From assembly GCA_963831345.1 (NCBI GenBank), contig CAWHPZ010000039.1, positions 33,118-97,117 on the forward strand: a stretch of DNA of 64,000 bases. The letters are read 5' to 3'. The DNA comes from an uncultured Alphaproteobacteria bacterium. Lineage in GTDB: Bacteria > Pseudomonadota > Alphaproteobacteria > Rhizobiales > Hyphomicrobiaceae. Positions 22,903 to 31,735 of this stretch are shown piece by piece (the stretch's first letter is position 1; every line of letters starts with the position of its first letter). The notes beneath the pieces are model-generated. The model made no database searches and had not been told where the DNA came from. It worked only from the letters and a program-made list of their open reading frames with translations. A program made the translations under genes and the position numbers.

Positions 22903-22934
22903 AGGGGCCGTGTCTCTCGCGAGACCCAGCCCCT
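22903..22934 (-). terminator. Hairpin after the periplasmic adaptor gene
   Basis: AGGGGC..GTCTC-TCGC-GAGAC..GCCCCT stem with T-rich sequence downstream on the minus strand. Confidence 0.55.
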
Positions 22935-23010
22935 ATTGATTTAGTTAGACAGTGATGGCGGCAAAGCCAGGGCAAGAACGCCCGTTTTCCGTCGAGGTGG
23001 ACGATCTGTC

Positions 23011-24045
23011 TCAGTCTTTACGAAAAAAGGCGTCTACCCGCATCCCCGGCAAAAGCGGCGACGTCCCTTCCAGATCGATCGTGACTTCCATGACCTCGAC
23101 GTCATTGGCGCGGCGCGGACCGCGCGGGTTGATCTTCGCCTGTCCCAGCGTGGGAGCGAGACGCGTGACCTTGCCTTCGAAATCCTTGCCGGGATGGCCA
23201 ATAGAACGGATGAAGGCCTTCTGACCGAGCTTGATCTTGGCCACGTCAACGTCGTCGACCTCGGCCTTGACGCGAACCACGCTCATGTCACCCATGACGA
23301 CCAGGGGCTGCTCGGGCGAGGGCGCGACGACCTCGCCCTGCTTGGCATTGAGCTCGAGGACTGTGCCAGGCGACGGGGCACGGATGCGGGTCTTGTCGAG
23401 GAGCGCCTCGGCCATGCGCACTTCGGCGCGTGCGGCGCTGACGGCGGACTCGGCGCGGCTCGGCGCCGGCAGGTTGGGCTTGGTCTGCGCCTTGACGAAG
23501 GCGACGCGCTCGCGCTCCAGGCGGTCGTTGGCTTCCTTCAAGCGGCGGCGCGCTTCGGCAACGGAAGACTCCGCTGCCGCTGCCGCGTGCGCTTCGCTGC
23601 CAGATGCATAGTCGAGCTCGATGCGTGCACCCGTGACGGCGCGCTCCGCGGAATAGATGGCGTCCTCGGCCTTTCGCACGTCCTCGCGGCCGGAAGCGAA
23701 AGCCTTCTCGCGATCTTCGCGAAGCGCTTCGGCCTCGGTCTCGGCAGACGCCAGCTTGGCGCGGGCTTCGGAGTCGTCGAGGCGGATGAGCAGCTCGCCC
23801 TCCTCGACCTTGTCCTCGACGCTGACGAGAACCTCCCCGACGCGACCGAGTAGGCTCGTGCCGAGATGGATCTCGCCGGACTTCGGCTCGACCCTGCCCG
23901 GCGCGGCAGCGACCCAGTCGATGACTTCGACGGGAGCCGCCGGCTCCTCGGTGTAGGCCTTGCCGACGTTGTATTTATCGAAGGCGACATAGCCGACAGC
24001 GCCGGCCACGGCCAATAATGTGATGAGGTTCGTCCGGGAAAACAT
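23011..24045 (-). CDS. Efflux periplasmic adaptor (HlyD/MacA/DevB-like)
   Basis: N-terminal TM, AAPGRVEP, lipoyl halves, coiled hairpin, IRAPSPGTV, PGMRVDA. Confidence 0.9.
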   Translation of the reverse strand: MFSRTNLITLLAVAGAVGYVAFDKYNVGKAYTEEPAAPVEVIDWVAAAPGRVEPKSGEIHLGTSLLGRVGEVLVSVEDKVEEGELLIRLDDSEARAKLASAETEAEALREDREKAFASGREDVRKAEDAIYSAERAVTGARIELDYASGSEAHAAAAAESSVAEARRRLKEANDRLERERVAFVKAQTKPNLPAPSRAESAVSAARAEVRMAEALLDKTRIRAPSPGTVLELNAKQGEVVAPSPEQPLVVMGDMSVVRVKAEVDDVDVAKIKLGQKAFIRSIGHPGKDFEGKVTRLAPTLGQAKINPRGPRRANDVEVMEVTIDLEGTSPLLPGMRVDAFFRKD

Positions 24046-24059
24046 GGCGCGTCTGGTCC

Positions 24060-24860
24060 TTAGGCTACGGCTGTGCTGGATGAATTGGGTTTGGCAGCGG
24101 GGGTTCCGTGTGGCTCGTGGCCGCTGGTCCAGCCCCTGGCTATGCTGCCGTTGGGCCGTTCGTCGGCGACGATCAGTCCGTCCTCGATGCGAATGATGCG
24201 GTCGGCATAACCGAGCGTGCGGTGGTCATGGGTCACGGCGAGCACGGCACGAGAGGGATCTTGCGCGACCTCGGCGAGAAGCTCCATCACGGCCTTGCCG
24301 TTCTCGCTGTCGAGAGCGGCCGTCGGCTCGTCGGCGAGAATGACCGAGGGCCTGCCGGCGAGCGAGCGCGCAATGGCGACACGCTGCTTCTCGCCGCCCG
24401 AGAGCTTCGAGGGATAAGTGTGCATGCGATGACTGAGGCCGACCGCCCGCAGGGCTTCTGCCGCCGTCTCGGTGGGGTCGGATGACCTCGCATCGCGGAC
24501 ATCGAGTGCGACGAGCACGTTCTCGAGCGCGGTCAGCGTCGGGAACAGATTGTAGCTCTGGAATACGAAGCCGACGTGCTGGCGGCGGATATCGGCAAGG
24601 CCTTCGGCCGAAAGGCCGACGGCCTGGTTGCCGGCAAGATTGAGCTTGCCGCTGGTGGCAGTCAGGATGCAGCCGAGGATGGAAAGCAGCGTGGTCTTGC
24701 CGCTGCCCGAGGGGCCCATCAACAGCGTGAGCTCGCCGGGGCGGAGGTCCATGCTGACGCCCTTCAGGATGCGCAGGATGCCTGCGCCCGTACCGATGGA
24801 CTTCACGATATTAGTCGCCTCGATAACAGGTGGCGCGGGCGACTTGGCCGGTGCGGTCAT
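24060..24860 (-). CDS. ABC transporter ATPase (MacB/LolD/DevA-like)
   Basis: GPSGSGKTT, GFVFQSYNL, LSGGEKQRVAIAR, ILADEPT, VTHD. Confidence 0.95.
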   Translation of the reverse strand: MTAPAKSPAPPVIEATNIVKSIGTGAGILRILKGVSMDLRPGELTLLMGPSGSGKTTLLSILGCILTATSGKLNLAGNQAVGLSAEGLADIRRQHVGFVFQSYNLFPTLTALENVLVALDVRDARSSDPTETAAEALRAVGLSHRMHTYPSKLSGGEKQRVAIARSLAGRPSVILADEPTAALDSENGKAVMELLAEVAQDPSRAVLAVTHDHRTLGYADRIIRIEDGLIVADERPNGSIARGWTSGHEPHGTPAAKPNSSSTAVA

Positions 24861-24931
24861 TGGTAAGATCTCCCTTAGTGCGTGCAAATTAGCAGATGCT
24901 GCGGAGAATGGATCATTTCGAGTTCGAGCGC

Positions 24932-24947
24932 TGTTCCGCGTGACACA
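24932..24947 (-). promoter_or_regulatory. Crp/Clr-like box, copy 2
   Basis: TGTGTC-ACGC-GGAACA, then 21 nt, then CATTCT (24910-24905). Confidence 0.7.
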
Positions 24948-25140
24948 TCAGGCTCATTTTTGTTGGATGCGGGGAAGTTTCCTGAAGCACAAAAAGCGCT
25001 GCGGCGGCCGCTTCAAGTTGACGCTGGAATGGCTGGAAGCTCCCGCGTTTTTTCTCGTCATCCTTACTTCCTCGAGATGCGCGAAGCGCATCATGATTTG
25101 ATCGACGTCTACCGCGTCAGGTATTCGGCTAAACTGCCGA

Positions 25141-25170
25141 GGCCCGGAGGCGGGTGAACCGCTCCGGGCC
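25141..25170 (-). terminator. Strong hairpin after the ABC permease
   Basis: GGCCCGGAG-GCGG-GTGAA-CCGC-TCCGGGCC. Confidence 0.55.
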
Positions 25171-25197
25171 TTACGGCTTTCAGACTCTCGACGGTCC

Positions 25198-26405
25198 CTA
25201 CCGGTTAAAGACGCCCGCAGGGTCAATTCTTGTCACCTTGAAGATGGCCGTTATGGCGGCGAAAACGCACATCCCAACCGTCAAAGCAAACAAATAGGCG
25301 GCCAGCTTCGGCGTCATCAGGATCGTCAGCGTCGCGCTCTTCGACGCCAAGCCGTAGATCACGAACAGCGCCAACGCCATGCCGAGGATGTAGCCGATCA
25401 CGGCGCTCAACAGCGCCTGGATCAGGATGACGGCGTGGATGTAGCTCGCCGAGGCACCGAGGGCGCGCAGCGTCGCGAACTCGTTCAAGTGATCCTTGGT
25501 GCTGGCGTAGAGCGTCTGCGCCACGATGACGACGCCGACGATGATGCCGAGGGCGGCACCCATGATGAGCGCAGCGCCGGCACCCGTGTTGAACATCCAG
25601 TAGTTGAGGCTGCGAGCGCGGAACTCTTCGTGCGTCAGAACTTCCGTGTCGGGGAGCCGCTCAATAAGGCTTGCGCGCACGGACTCGAGGTCGGCGCCGG
25701 GGGCTACAGTAACCAGCTCGTAGGTCGCCTGCTCGGGGCCTGCGCTGAGTCAACTGTCGTGCACGCGAGATCGGCATGAACACATAGGGCAGCGTCGTGA
25801 ACGAGCGGATGGCCGATGTCACCGCCGTGACGTGCACGCGCTGGCCGTTGATCTCGGCGTTGGCGCCGATGCCTTCAATGCCGAGATCCTTGAAGTAGGA
25901 TTTGTCGACGGCCACGGCAGCGGGAGCCGAGAGATCGGCGACCGTGCCTTCGACAAGGTTCCAGGGCAAGGTTCCGCCATTCAAATAGTCGAGGCCCACG
26001 AGTACGAAGGCCTTCTTTCCGCCCTCCGGGTTTGCGCCAGGACGAGAAGCTCACGACCATGTCCTCGACGCGCTGAACGCCCGGCGTCGACAGCGCCGCA
26101 TACTTCTCACGGCCCGTCATCAGCGACGGATCGTCGAAGCTCTTGGTGCCGATGGGGACGATCCACAGGTCGGCCTTGGCCTTGTCGAGCACGGTCGCGA
26201 TCTTGCTTTCGGAGCCGAGGTAGAGGCCGCACTGGATGGCGACGAGCACGACCGAGAACACGATGCCGATCAGCGTGACGAACAAGCTCATGCGATCATG
26301 GAAAAGATTCCGGTAGGCGATCTTGGGCGCCATCTTGATCTTCTTAACCGGACCGCCCTGGGCCGCCACGGCCGCGGGAATATTCACACTTTTCATGGCC
26401 GTCAT
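25198..26405 (-). CDS. ABC permease, MacB/FtsX (DevC-like) family; frameshifts near 26030 and 25750
   Basis: IAYRNLFHDR, TLIGIVFSVVLV, periplasmic domain, QTLYAST..EFATLRALGA, RIDPAGVF. Confidence 0.9.
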
Positions 26406-26499
26406 TTCCGTCTCCAAACCGCACATCTCTTTGTGCGCCGAACTCCCAGTGCCGTCCAGCGAATCACCCGCGTGCGGCACTACGCTTCGAATATCGATA

Positions 26500-27104
26500 T
26501 TAATCGCCGCAAGAAACCGAGACCGTGATGCCGATCGCGGGAATGAACTTCTTGCAGTTAAGCTTTTTGTCGGACGAAGCGGTCTTCACTTCATCCTTCT
26601 TGGGCTCGTCCTTCGTCTCGTCCTTCTGGGCTTCGACCGGCGCAGTATCAGCCGAGGTTGACGTTTCGGTGACCTTGGCCGGCTCGTCCGTCTTCGTCGG
26701 CTCGATTGCTGCCGTCTGGGTCGTCTGGCTCGCGGCAGTAGCCTGGTTGGCCGTGTCGATCAGGGCGGTGCTGCCGCTCGAGGACGTGGTGCTGGTCGAA
26801 GCCGAGGTCGTCGTCGACGCGGTTTCCTTAGATTTCTTGCTCGCTGAAGACGTCTTGGAAGGGGCGGCCTCCTCGGCCTTGGCGACACGCGCTGCCTTCT
26901 TGGCGGCGGCAGCCTGACGGCCTGCGGCCTTGCGTGCGTAGACGTCGCCATAATCAGCGCCGCCTCCACGAGAGGGGGTCGCTGTGAAATTGCCAAGCGG
27001 CAAACCGAAGTTGAGGCGCACGCCGCCGCCGGCGTCGGCGGCAGTCGCAGAGAACGTCACGGCCGCTGCGATCACTGTCGCGATGGCGATAATTTCGGGG
27101 TCAT
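26500..27104 (-). CDS. Secreted low-complexity protein A with C-terminal Cys motif; frameshift in an A run just after the start
   Basis: GGAGAG RBS; restored MTPKIIAIATVIAAAVTFSATAADA signal peptide; S/T/A/K/E-rich linker; ends CKKFIPAIGITVSVSCGD. Confidence 0.8.
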
Positions 27105-27211
27105 TGGAGCTCTCCGATTTCTGTTCCGCCTGAAGGCGGTTTTCAATCCACTGTTCGAGGACGATCTTCCTCGGTTCATGGCGGAGATTGCCGAAGTTCG
27201 CCCTTCAACGC

Positions 27212-27227
27212 TGTTCCGGGTGGGACA
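27212..27227 (-). promoter_or_regulatory. Crp/Clr-like box, copy 3
   Basis: TGTCCC-ACCC-GGAACA, then 21 nt, then CAATCT (27190-27185). Confidence 0.75.
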
Positions 27228-27273
27228 AAGAAAAATTATTCGAACGGCTTTGCGCGGAAGATCGAGCGCCCGC

Positions 27274-27307
27274 AAAAGAAAACGCCGGGCTCTGACGGAG
27301 CCCGGCG
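27274..27307 (-). terminator. Rho-independent terminator after secreted protein B
   Basis: CGCCGGGCTC/GAGCCCGGCG stem followed by TTTTCTTTT on the minus strand. Confidence 0.85.
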
Positions 27308-27338
27308 CACATTCGAGGATGAGAACTTTCGTTGGAGA

Positions 27339-27951
27339 TCAGCAGCCGACCGTGACTGCAACTCCGAGAGCCGGAACATATTTCTTGCATGTCGCCGGGG
27401 CGGGCTCTTCGGCCTTAACCTCGGCCTTTTCGGCCAAGGGTAGCAGTGGACGTCGGAACTTCGGCAGTTGCGACAGTATCGGTCGCGGTTTCGGTCTTTG
27501 CCGGCTCGGTTGTGTCGCGGCGGTCGAACTTGCCGGAGATGTCGGCCTGAGTCAGGGCTGCCGTGCTCGAGGGTGCAGCGACATAGGTGCTTTCGCCCTT
27601 CTTCGCGGTGTCGTTGTCGGCGGTCTCGTCTGCGTTCTGCTCGGAGGGGTTCTCAGCTTTCTCGGCCTTGGCGGCGGCAGCCTTCTGAGCTGCGATTTCC
27701 TGCTGGCGGCGAGCGGCGGCGACTGCCTTCGCCTTGGCGCGGGCTTGAGCCTGAGCTTCGGCACGTGCACGGGCGCGGGCCCGGGCTTCCTCAGCCTTTT
27801 GCGCCTGCTGGGCCTGGTGAGCCATGACGCCAACGGCCAGAACGCCGAGGCCAATTCCAAGTCCGCGGTTACCTGCCTGAGCGGCGGGCGTAATTGCCAT
27901 GCTGGCTGCGACCGTGGCGGCGATCAAAGTGATGCTGAGCTTCGAGGCCAT
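27339..27951 (-). CDS. Secreted low-complexity protein B with C-terminal Cys motif; frameshift near 27438
   Basis: Signal peptide ending AAQA; Ala/Gln/Lys helix and T/E linker; shifted frame gives AEKAEVKAEEPAPATCKKYVPALGVAVTVGC* just before the terminator. Confidence 0.8.
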
Positions 27952-28050
27952 TTTCGTCTCCATCCTCAAAAACAAGTTCTCAAACCGTTGAGCCTGGGCT
28001 GCGCCCCGACTTGCTTGAGAAGAAGAATGCCAGAATGCCCCTCATCCGCC

Positions 28051-28066
28051 TGTTCCTGCTGGAACA
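28051..28066 (-). promoter_or_regulatory. Crp/Clr-like box, copy 4 (perfect palindromic arms)
   Basis: TGTTCC-AGCA-GGAACA, then 21 nt, then CATTCT (28029-28024). Confidence 0.8.
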
Positions 28067-28214
28067 AGGCGCAGAAAATCGAGCGGACGAGGAAAATTCT
28101 CGTCCGCCCGCCAGTCCGCGCGCGGCAATGCGATATGATGTAAGTATCTGTAATTGCTAGACATAACCGCGCTCCGGCATGGGCTGTGGTGTGTCCATTA
28201 CTTATGCGGCCTGC

Positions 28215-29078
28215 TCATGCGGAGGCCACACGCGGAAATCTAGCATAAGCCTCGGCATTCCGCACACCTGCATTCAGCACACTGGAGATCATGCCGATGA
28301 AGGAGGACGTGCGGTCGAGAACGATGTGGCGCTGCCGATCGACCGTAACCATGTGATAGCAGTCATCGAGGACCACGAGGTCGACCGGCCCCGCGAGCTT
28401 GTTCTGCAGGTAGTTGGCGTTGTCGAGACCGGCATAGTCGTCCTCGCGCGCATGCATGATGAGAACCGGCTGACGGATGCTGCCGAGCAAGCCCATGACA
28501 ACCCGCGCCAAGCGGTGACGCTCGAGAACGGCGCCGCCCGGGGTCTTGATCTGGGTCGGAGCGCCCTGCCCCACCTTGGTGGCATTGCGGACGAACTCGC
28601 GGATGCGCTGATCCTTAATGCCGACGTGCATCGGCACCGGGAACTTGAACATGTTGGCGATGGCTTTGCTGTTGATGCAGCGGAACAGCGGCACATACCA
28701 GGGAACCTTGCGGCCGCTCAGCCACAACGTGGGCGAGTAGAGCGTCACGCCATCAATCTTCTCGGGATGCTTGGCTGCGAGCATCAGGCTCAGCACGGCG
28801 CCGGTGGAAAGGCCGCCGATGATGACCCGGTCACATGTGGCGCGGAGCTCGAACAGGGCCTCCTCGGCGCTGCGATACCAGTCCTGCCAGGTGGAGGCCT
28901 GAAGATCGGCCTCGCTGCCGCCGTGACCGGCCAGTTGCGGGCACAGTACGGTCATGCCCTCGCGGGCCAGCCCGTTGGCGACATAGCGGATCTCTGCAGG
29001 CGAACCGCACAGTCCGTGGATCAAAAGCACGCCCGTGCGTCCGCCTTTGATACGATAGCTCGCGTCGTTCACCCTCAT
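28215..29078 (-). CDS. Alpha/beta-hydrolase carboxylesterase (YvaK/Est30-like)
   Basis: LLIHGL, LAGHG, nucleophile GLSTG, AREDD, YHMVTVD. Confidence 0.88.
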   Translation of the reverse strand: MRVNDASYRIKGGRTGVLLIHGLCGSPAEIRYVANGLAREGMTVLCPQLAGHGGSEADLQASTWQDWYRSAEEALFELRATCDRVIIGGLSTGAVLSLMLAAKHPEKIDGVTLYSPTLWLSGRKVPWYVPLFRCINSKAIANMFKFPVPMHVGIKDQRIREFVRNATKVGQGAPTQIKTPGGAVLERHRLARVVMGLLGSIRQPVLIMHAREDDYAGLDNANYLQNKLAGPVDLVVLDDCYHMVTVDRQRHIVLDRTSSFIGMISSVLNAGVRNAEAYARFPRVASA

Positions 29079-29139
29079 GACACATCCCTGCTTGCCGAAA
29101 TCCATGCGGCCGAAGGTAGGTCAGCAAGAAAAGTGCCGC

Positions 29140-29155
29140 TGTTCCTGCAGTTACA
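29140..29155 (-). promoter_or_regulatory. Crp/Clr-like box, copy 5
   Basis: TGTAAC-TGCA-GGAACA, then 21 nt, then TACCTT (29118-29113). Confidence 0.7.
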
Positions 29156-29261
29156 TGGGCGGGATATTCGCCGCGAAGTGCGCGCGAAGGCGCGGATGTG
29201 CTGCCGGCCTAGGGTGGGACAGGGTTGGACGTAAACCTTATTGCCCGGTGCGCGGAGCTAG

Positions 29262-29358
29262 TTTAGAGTTAATCTAAGGTAACTTTTTCTAGCGACTTTT
29301 GTGCGGGTCAACGGCCCGGTGCGCAGTGCCCTAGTAGCTACCTTAGAATTATTCTGAA
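29262..29358 (+). promoter_or_regulatory. Two Irr-binding ICE-like boxes upstream of bfr
   Basis: TTTAGAG-TTA-ATCTAAG (29262-29278) and CTTAGAA-TTA-TTCTGAA (29342-29358) versus TTTAGAA-N3-TTCTAAA. Confidence 0.65.
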
Positions 29359-29416
29359 TGAGGCTGAATTTCTGGAGCGTGCCCGAGTTGCCGCTCCACG
29401 CTTGAAGGGGACTGAA

Positions 29417-29909
29417 ATGAAGGGCACCAAAGAGGTTATCGAGATACTCAATGCGGCGTTGAAGCTCGAATTGGGTGCCGTCAACCAGTACTGGCTGCAT
29501 TACCGCATGCTCGAGAACTGGGGCTACACGAAGCTCGCCAAGAAAGAGCGGGCCAGAGTCCATCGAAGAGATGCAGCACGCCGACAAGCTCGTGACGCGC
29601 ATCATCTTCCTCGAAGGCCTGCCGAACCTCCAGCACGTGGCGCCGCTCATGATCGGCGAGAACGTCAAGGAAGTGCTGGAATGCGATCTCAAGGGCGAGA
29701 AGATCGCGCATGAGACCTACATCCGCGGCCGCGACATCTGCCGGGACGCCAAGGATTACGTGACCATGGATCTGTTCGAGGAGCTGATCAAGGACGAGGA
29801 AGGCCACATCGACTTCATCGAGACGCAGCTCGATCTCATGGCGCAGATCGGCAAGGAAAACTACGGCCAGCTCCAGGCCGATTCCGCCGACGAGTTTGGA
29901 AGCCACTAA
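29417..29909 (+). CDS. bfr: Bacterioferritin; frameshift near 29552
   Basis: [44 protein letters not shown]. Confidence 0.95.
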
Positions 29910-29935
29910 GTCCCGCTCAGCCTTCCCGCATATTG

Positions 29936-29970
29936 AAACGGCGCGCATCCAAGGGAAGCGCGCCGTTTTT
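29936..29970 (+). terminator. Terminator after bfr
   Basis: AAACGGCGCGC...GCGCGCCGTTTTT. Confidence 0.75.
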
Positions 29971-29988
29971 GCGTTCAGCCGGCGCGAC

Positions 29989-30060
29989 CGTTGCGTTTTA
30001 CGCCTGCGATCCTCGCAGGCTGCTCGTTGCGTCTTACGCCTGCGATCCTCGCAGGCTGCT
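29989..30060. repeat. 36-bp tandem duplication (2 copies, 1 mismatch) with an internal palindrome
   Basis: CGTTGCGT(T/C)TTACGCCTGCGATCCTCGCAGGCTGCT twice. Confidence 0.9.
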
Positions 30061-31219
30061 TACGGCATTCGACCAAAGAGCCGCGATGCCGCGCCGCTCG
30101 CGGCGCGTTCCATCGACGGCGCTCTTCGACTGCGCTGCGCCTCCCTTTGCTTTCTGAGGGGCGTCCGGACGCTGAGCACGCACGAGGTTGTGGATATAGC
30201 CGAGCTTGCGCACCGCAGGCGCGGAGATGACGAACGGGTAGAGATCCGGCTGGCCCATGGCTCGATTGAGACTGTTGACGGCGAACGTGATCGGCAGCCA
30301 CGCCTCGAGCAGGGTCTCGATGCTGGCAGCCTTATAGGGATTGCGGTCGACGACGGCGCTCAAACCTTCCTCGCCGCCGACACGCGGGGCAACGCTCAAA
30401 CTAAACGCGTAGGCCATCTCGAGCGTGTCTATCGTGTGAAGGTAGTGAGCCCAGGTCTCGGCGAAATCCTCCCACGGATGCATAGTCGCGTAGGCGCTGA
30501 CGTAACTCGCCTGCCAGTTCGGTGCCGGACCCGATGCGTAATAGCGGTTGAGGGCTTCGCCGTAGTCCTCCCGCTCGTCCCCGAACAGCGCGCGGAAGCT
30601 CTCGAGCTCGCCCGCATCGCGCACCAGGCGATCCCAGTAGAAATGACCCACCTCATGGCGGAAGTGGCCGAGCAGCGTGCGATAGGGTTCGCCCATGCTG
30701 GTGCGCACCCTTTCGCGCTCGCTATCGTCTGCCTCCGTGAGCGAGATGGTGATCGCGCCGTGCTCGTGGCCCGTCATGATCTCCTTGCGATCGGGCGGAT
30801 CGGCGAGGAAATCGAATACGAGCGGCTGCAGATCTCCCGACCCGGGAGTCGGCAGCGGCAGACGCAGCTTGATCAGCGAATAGAACAGCCGGCGCTTGGC
30901 CTCCTCGATGCGCTTCCACAGAATGTGCCGCTCCGGATCAGATACGTCCGGAATGGTGCGGTTGTGCTGGCAAGCCCGGCAGTACGGGCTCGTGAGAATT
31001 TGCCTCCACCATCCAGTTGCAGGCGTGTTGCTCCCAATTGGCGCAGAAGCGGTAGAGCGTCGTTGGATCGGCGCGGGCCGACCAGTTCGAGCCCGCGGGC
31101 TCGACCGCGCTCATCATCTCCTTTTCAGGCAGATATCCGATCTTGTGGCCGCATCGCTCGCATGCCGTGTTCTCGAAGTAGAGAAGGTGGCCGCAATTCT
31201 GGCACGCAAAGAGCTTCAT
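30034..31219 (-). CDS. Putative zinc-binding metallopeptidase (zinc ribbon plus DUF2248-type domain); several frameshifts
   Basis: FACQNCG..FENTACERCG, EPYRTLLGHFRHEVGHFYW, YATMHPWEDFAETWAHYLH. Confidence 0.88.
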
Positions 31220-31476
31220 GGACCTGTTCCAAAAAACGGGGCCGGCACGTCGCGCCGGCCCTCGATTCTATCAACGACGATCAACGACGGCATTGCATCT
31301 TACGGGTCTGTTAGACGCCAGGGCGGCGCTTGAGCACAACTGCGTACAAGTTGCGACGATCTTGCCCGGTATTTGCGCGACGACCAAGCTTACAATGGCC
31401 TCGCAGCGCGCACCGTCCTTGAGCATCACGCGCGACTTTACCACCAGACCGCCGGTAGCGGATAAGGCGGGGTCGT

Positions 31477-31502
31477 AACGCTTCGGCCTCGAACTCAGTT
31501 CC
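31477..31502 (-). promoter_or_regulatory. Candidate EcfG (general stress) promoter
   Basis: GGAAC-N17-CGTT on the minus strand. Confidence 0.45.
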
Positions 31503-31735
31503 GCGCGACGGCGCGAGCCATCGCACCAGCCTGCACATTAAATCGCGACACATCAAATCGCGACTGGGCGGCGGCGAATTCGAGCGTTGGTTACGCGCCC
31601 TTAACCGGCCTTGCCGCTACGCTTACCACCCCTGGGCCTCGTTGCCGACTTGGGCTTTCGCCCCGGTCGCCATGCGCGGCGTTTTGGAGTAAGCACGGGC
31701 ATCGTGCGGCGGCATCAGTTTGGATAGACGTTATT

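Noticed and set aside
24954-25226. ORF between the permease and the ATPase
   Set aside because: Overlaps a terminator hairpin and promoter region; no RBS or protein-like composition
26500-27951. RiPP precursor interpretation of the Cys-tail proteins
   Set aside because: They have Sec signal peptides, and there is no modifying enzyme or peptidase-containing transporter nearby
27178-28143. Long antisense ORFs (also 29896-31314, 41085-42743, 54827-56050)
   Set aside because: Shadow frames of real genes in high-GC DNA, with no motifs
22791-29155. GGAAC in the five promoters read as an ECF sigma -35 element
   Set aside because: No CGTT at 16-17 nt; the conserved upstream TGT half-site and the 21-nt gap to a sigma-70-like hexamer fit an activator site better
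29989-30060. CRISPR array
   Set aside because: Only two 36-bp units, directly abutting, with no spacer and no cas genes
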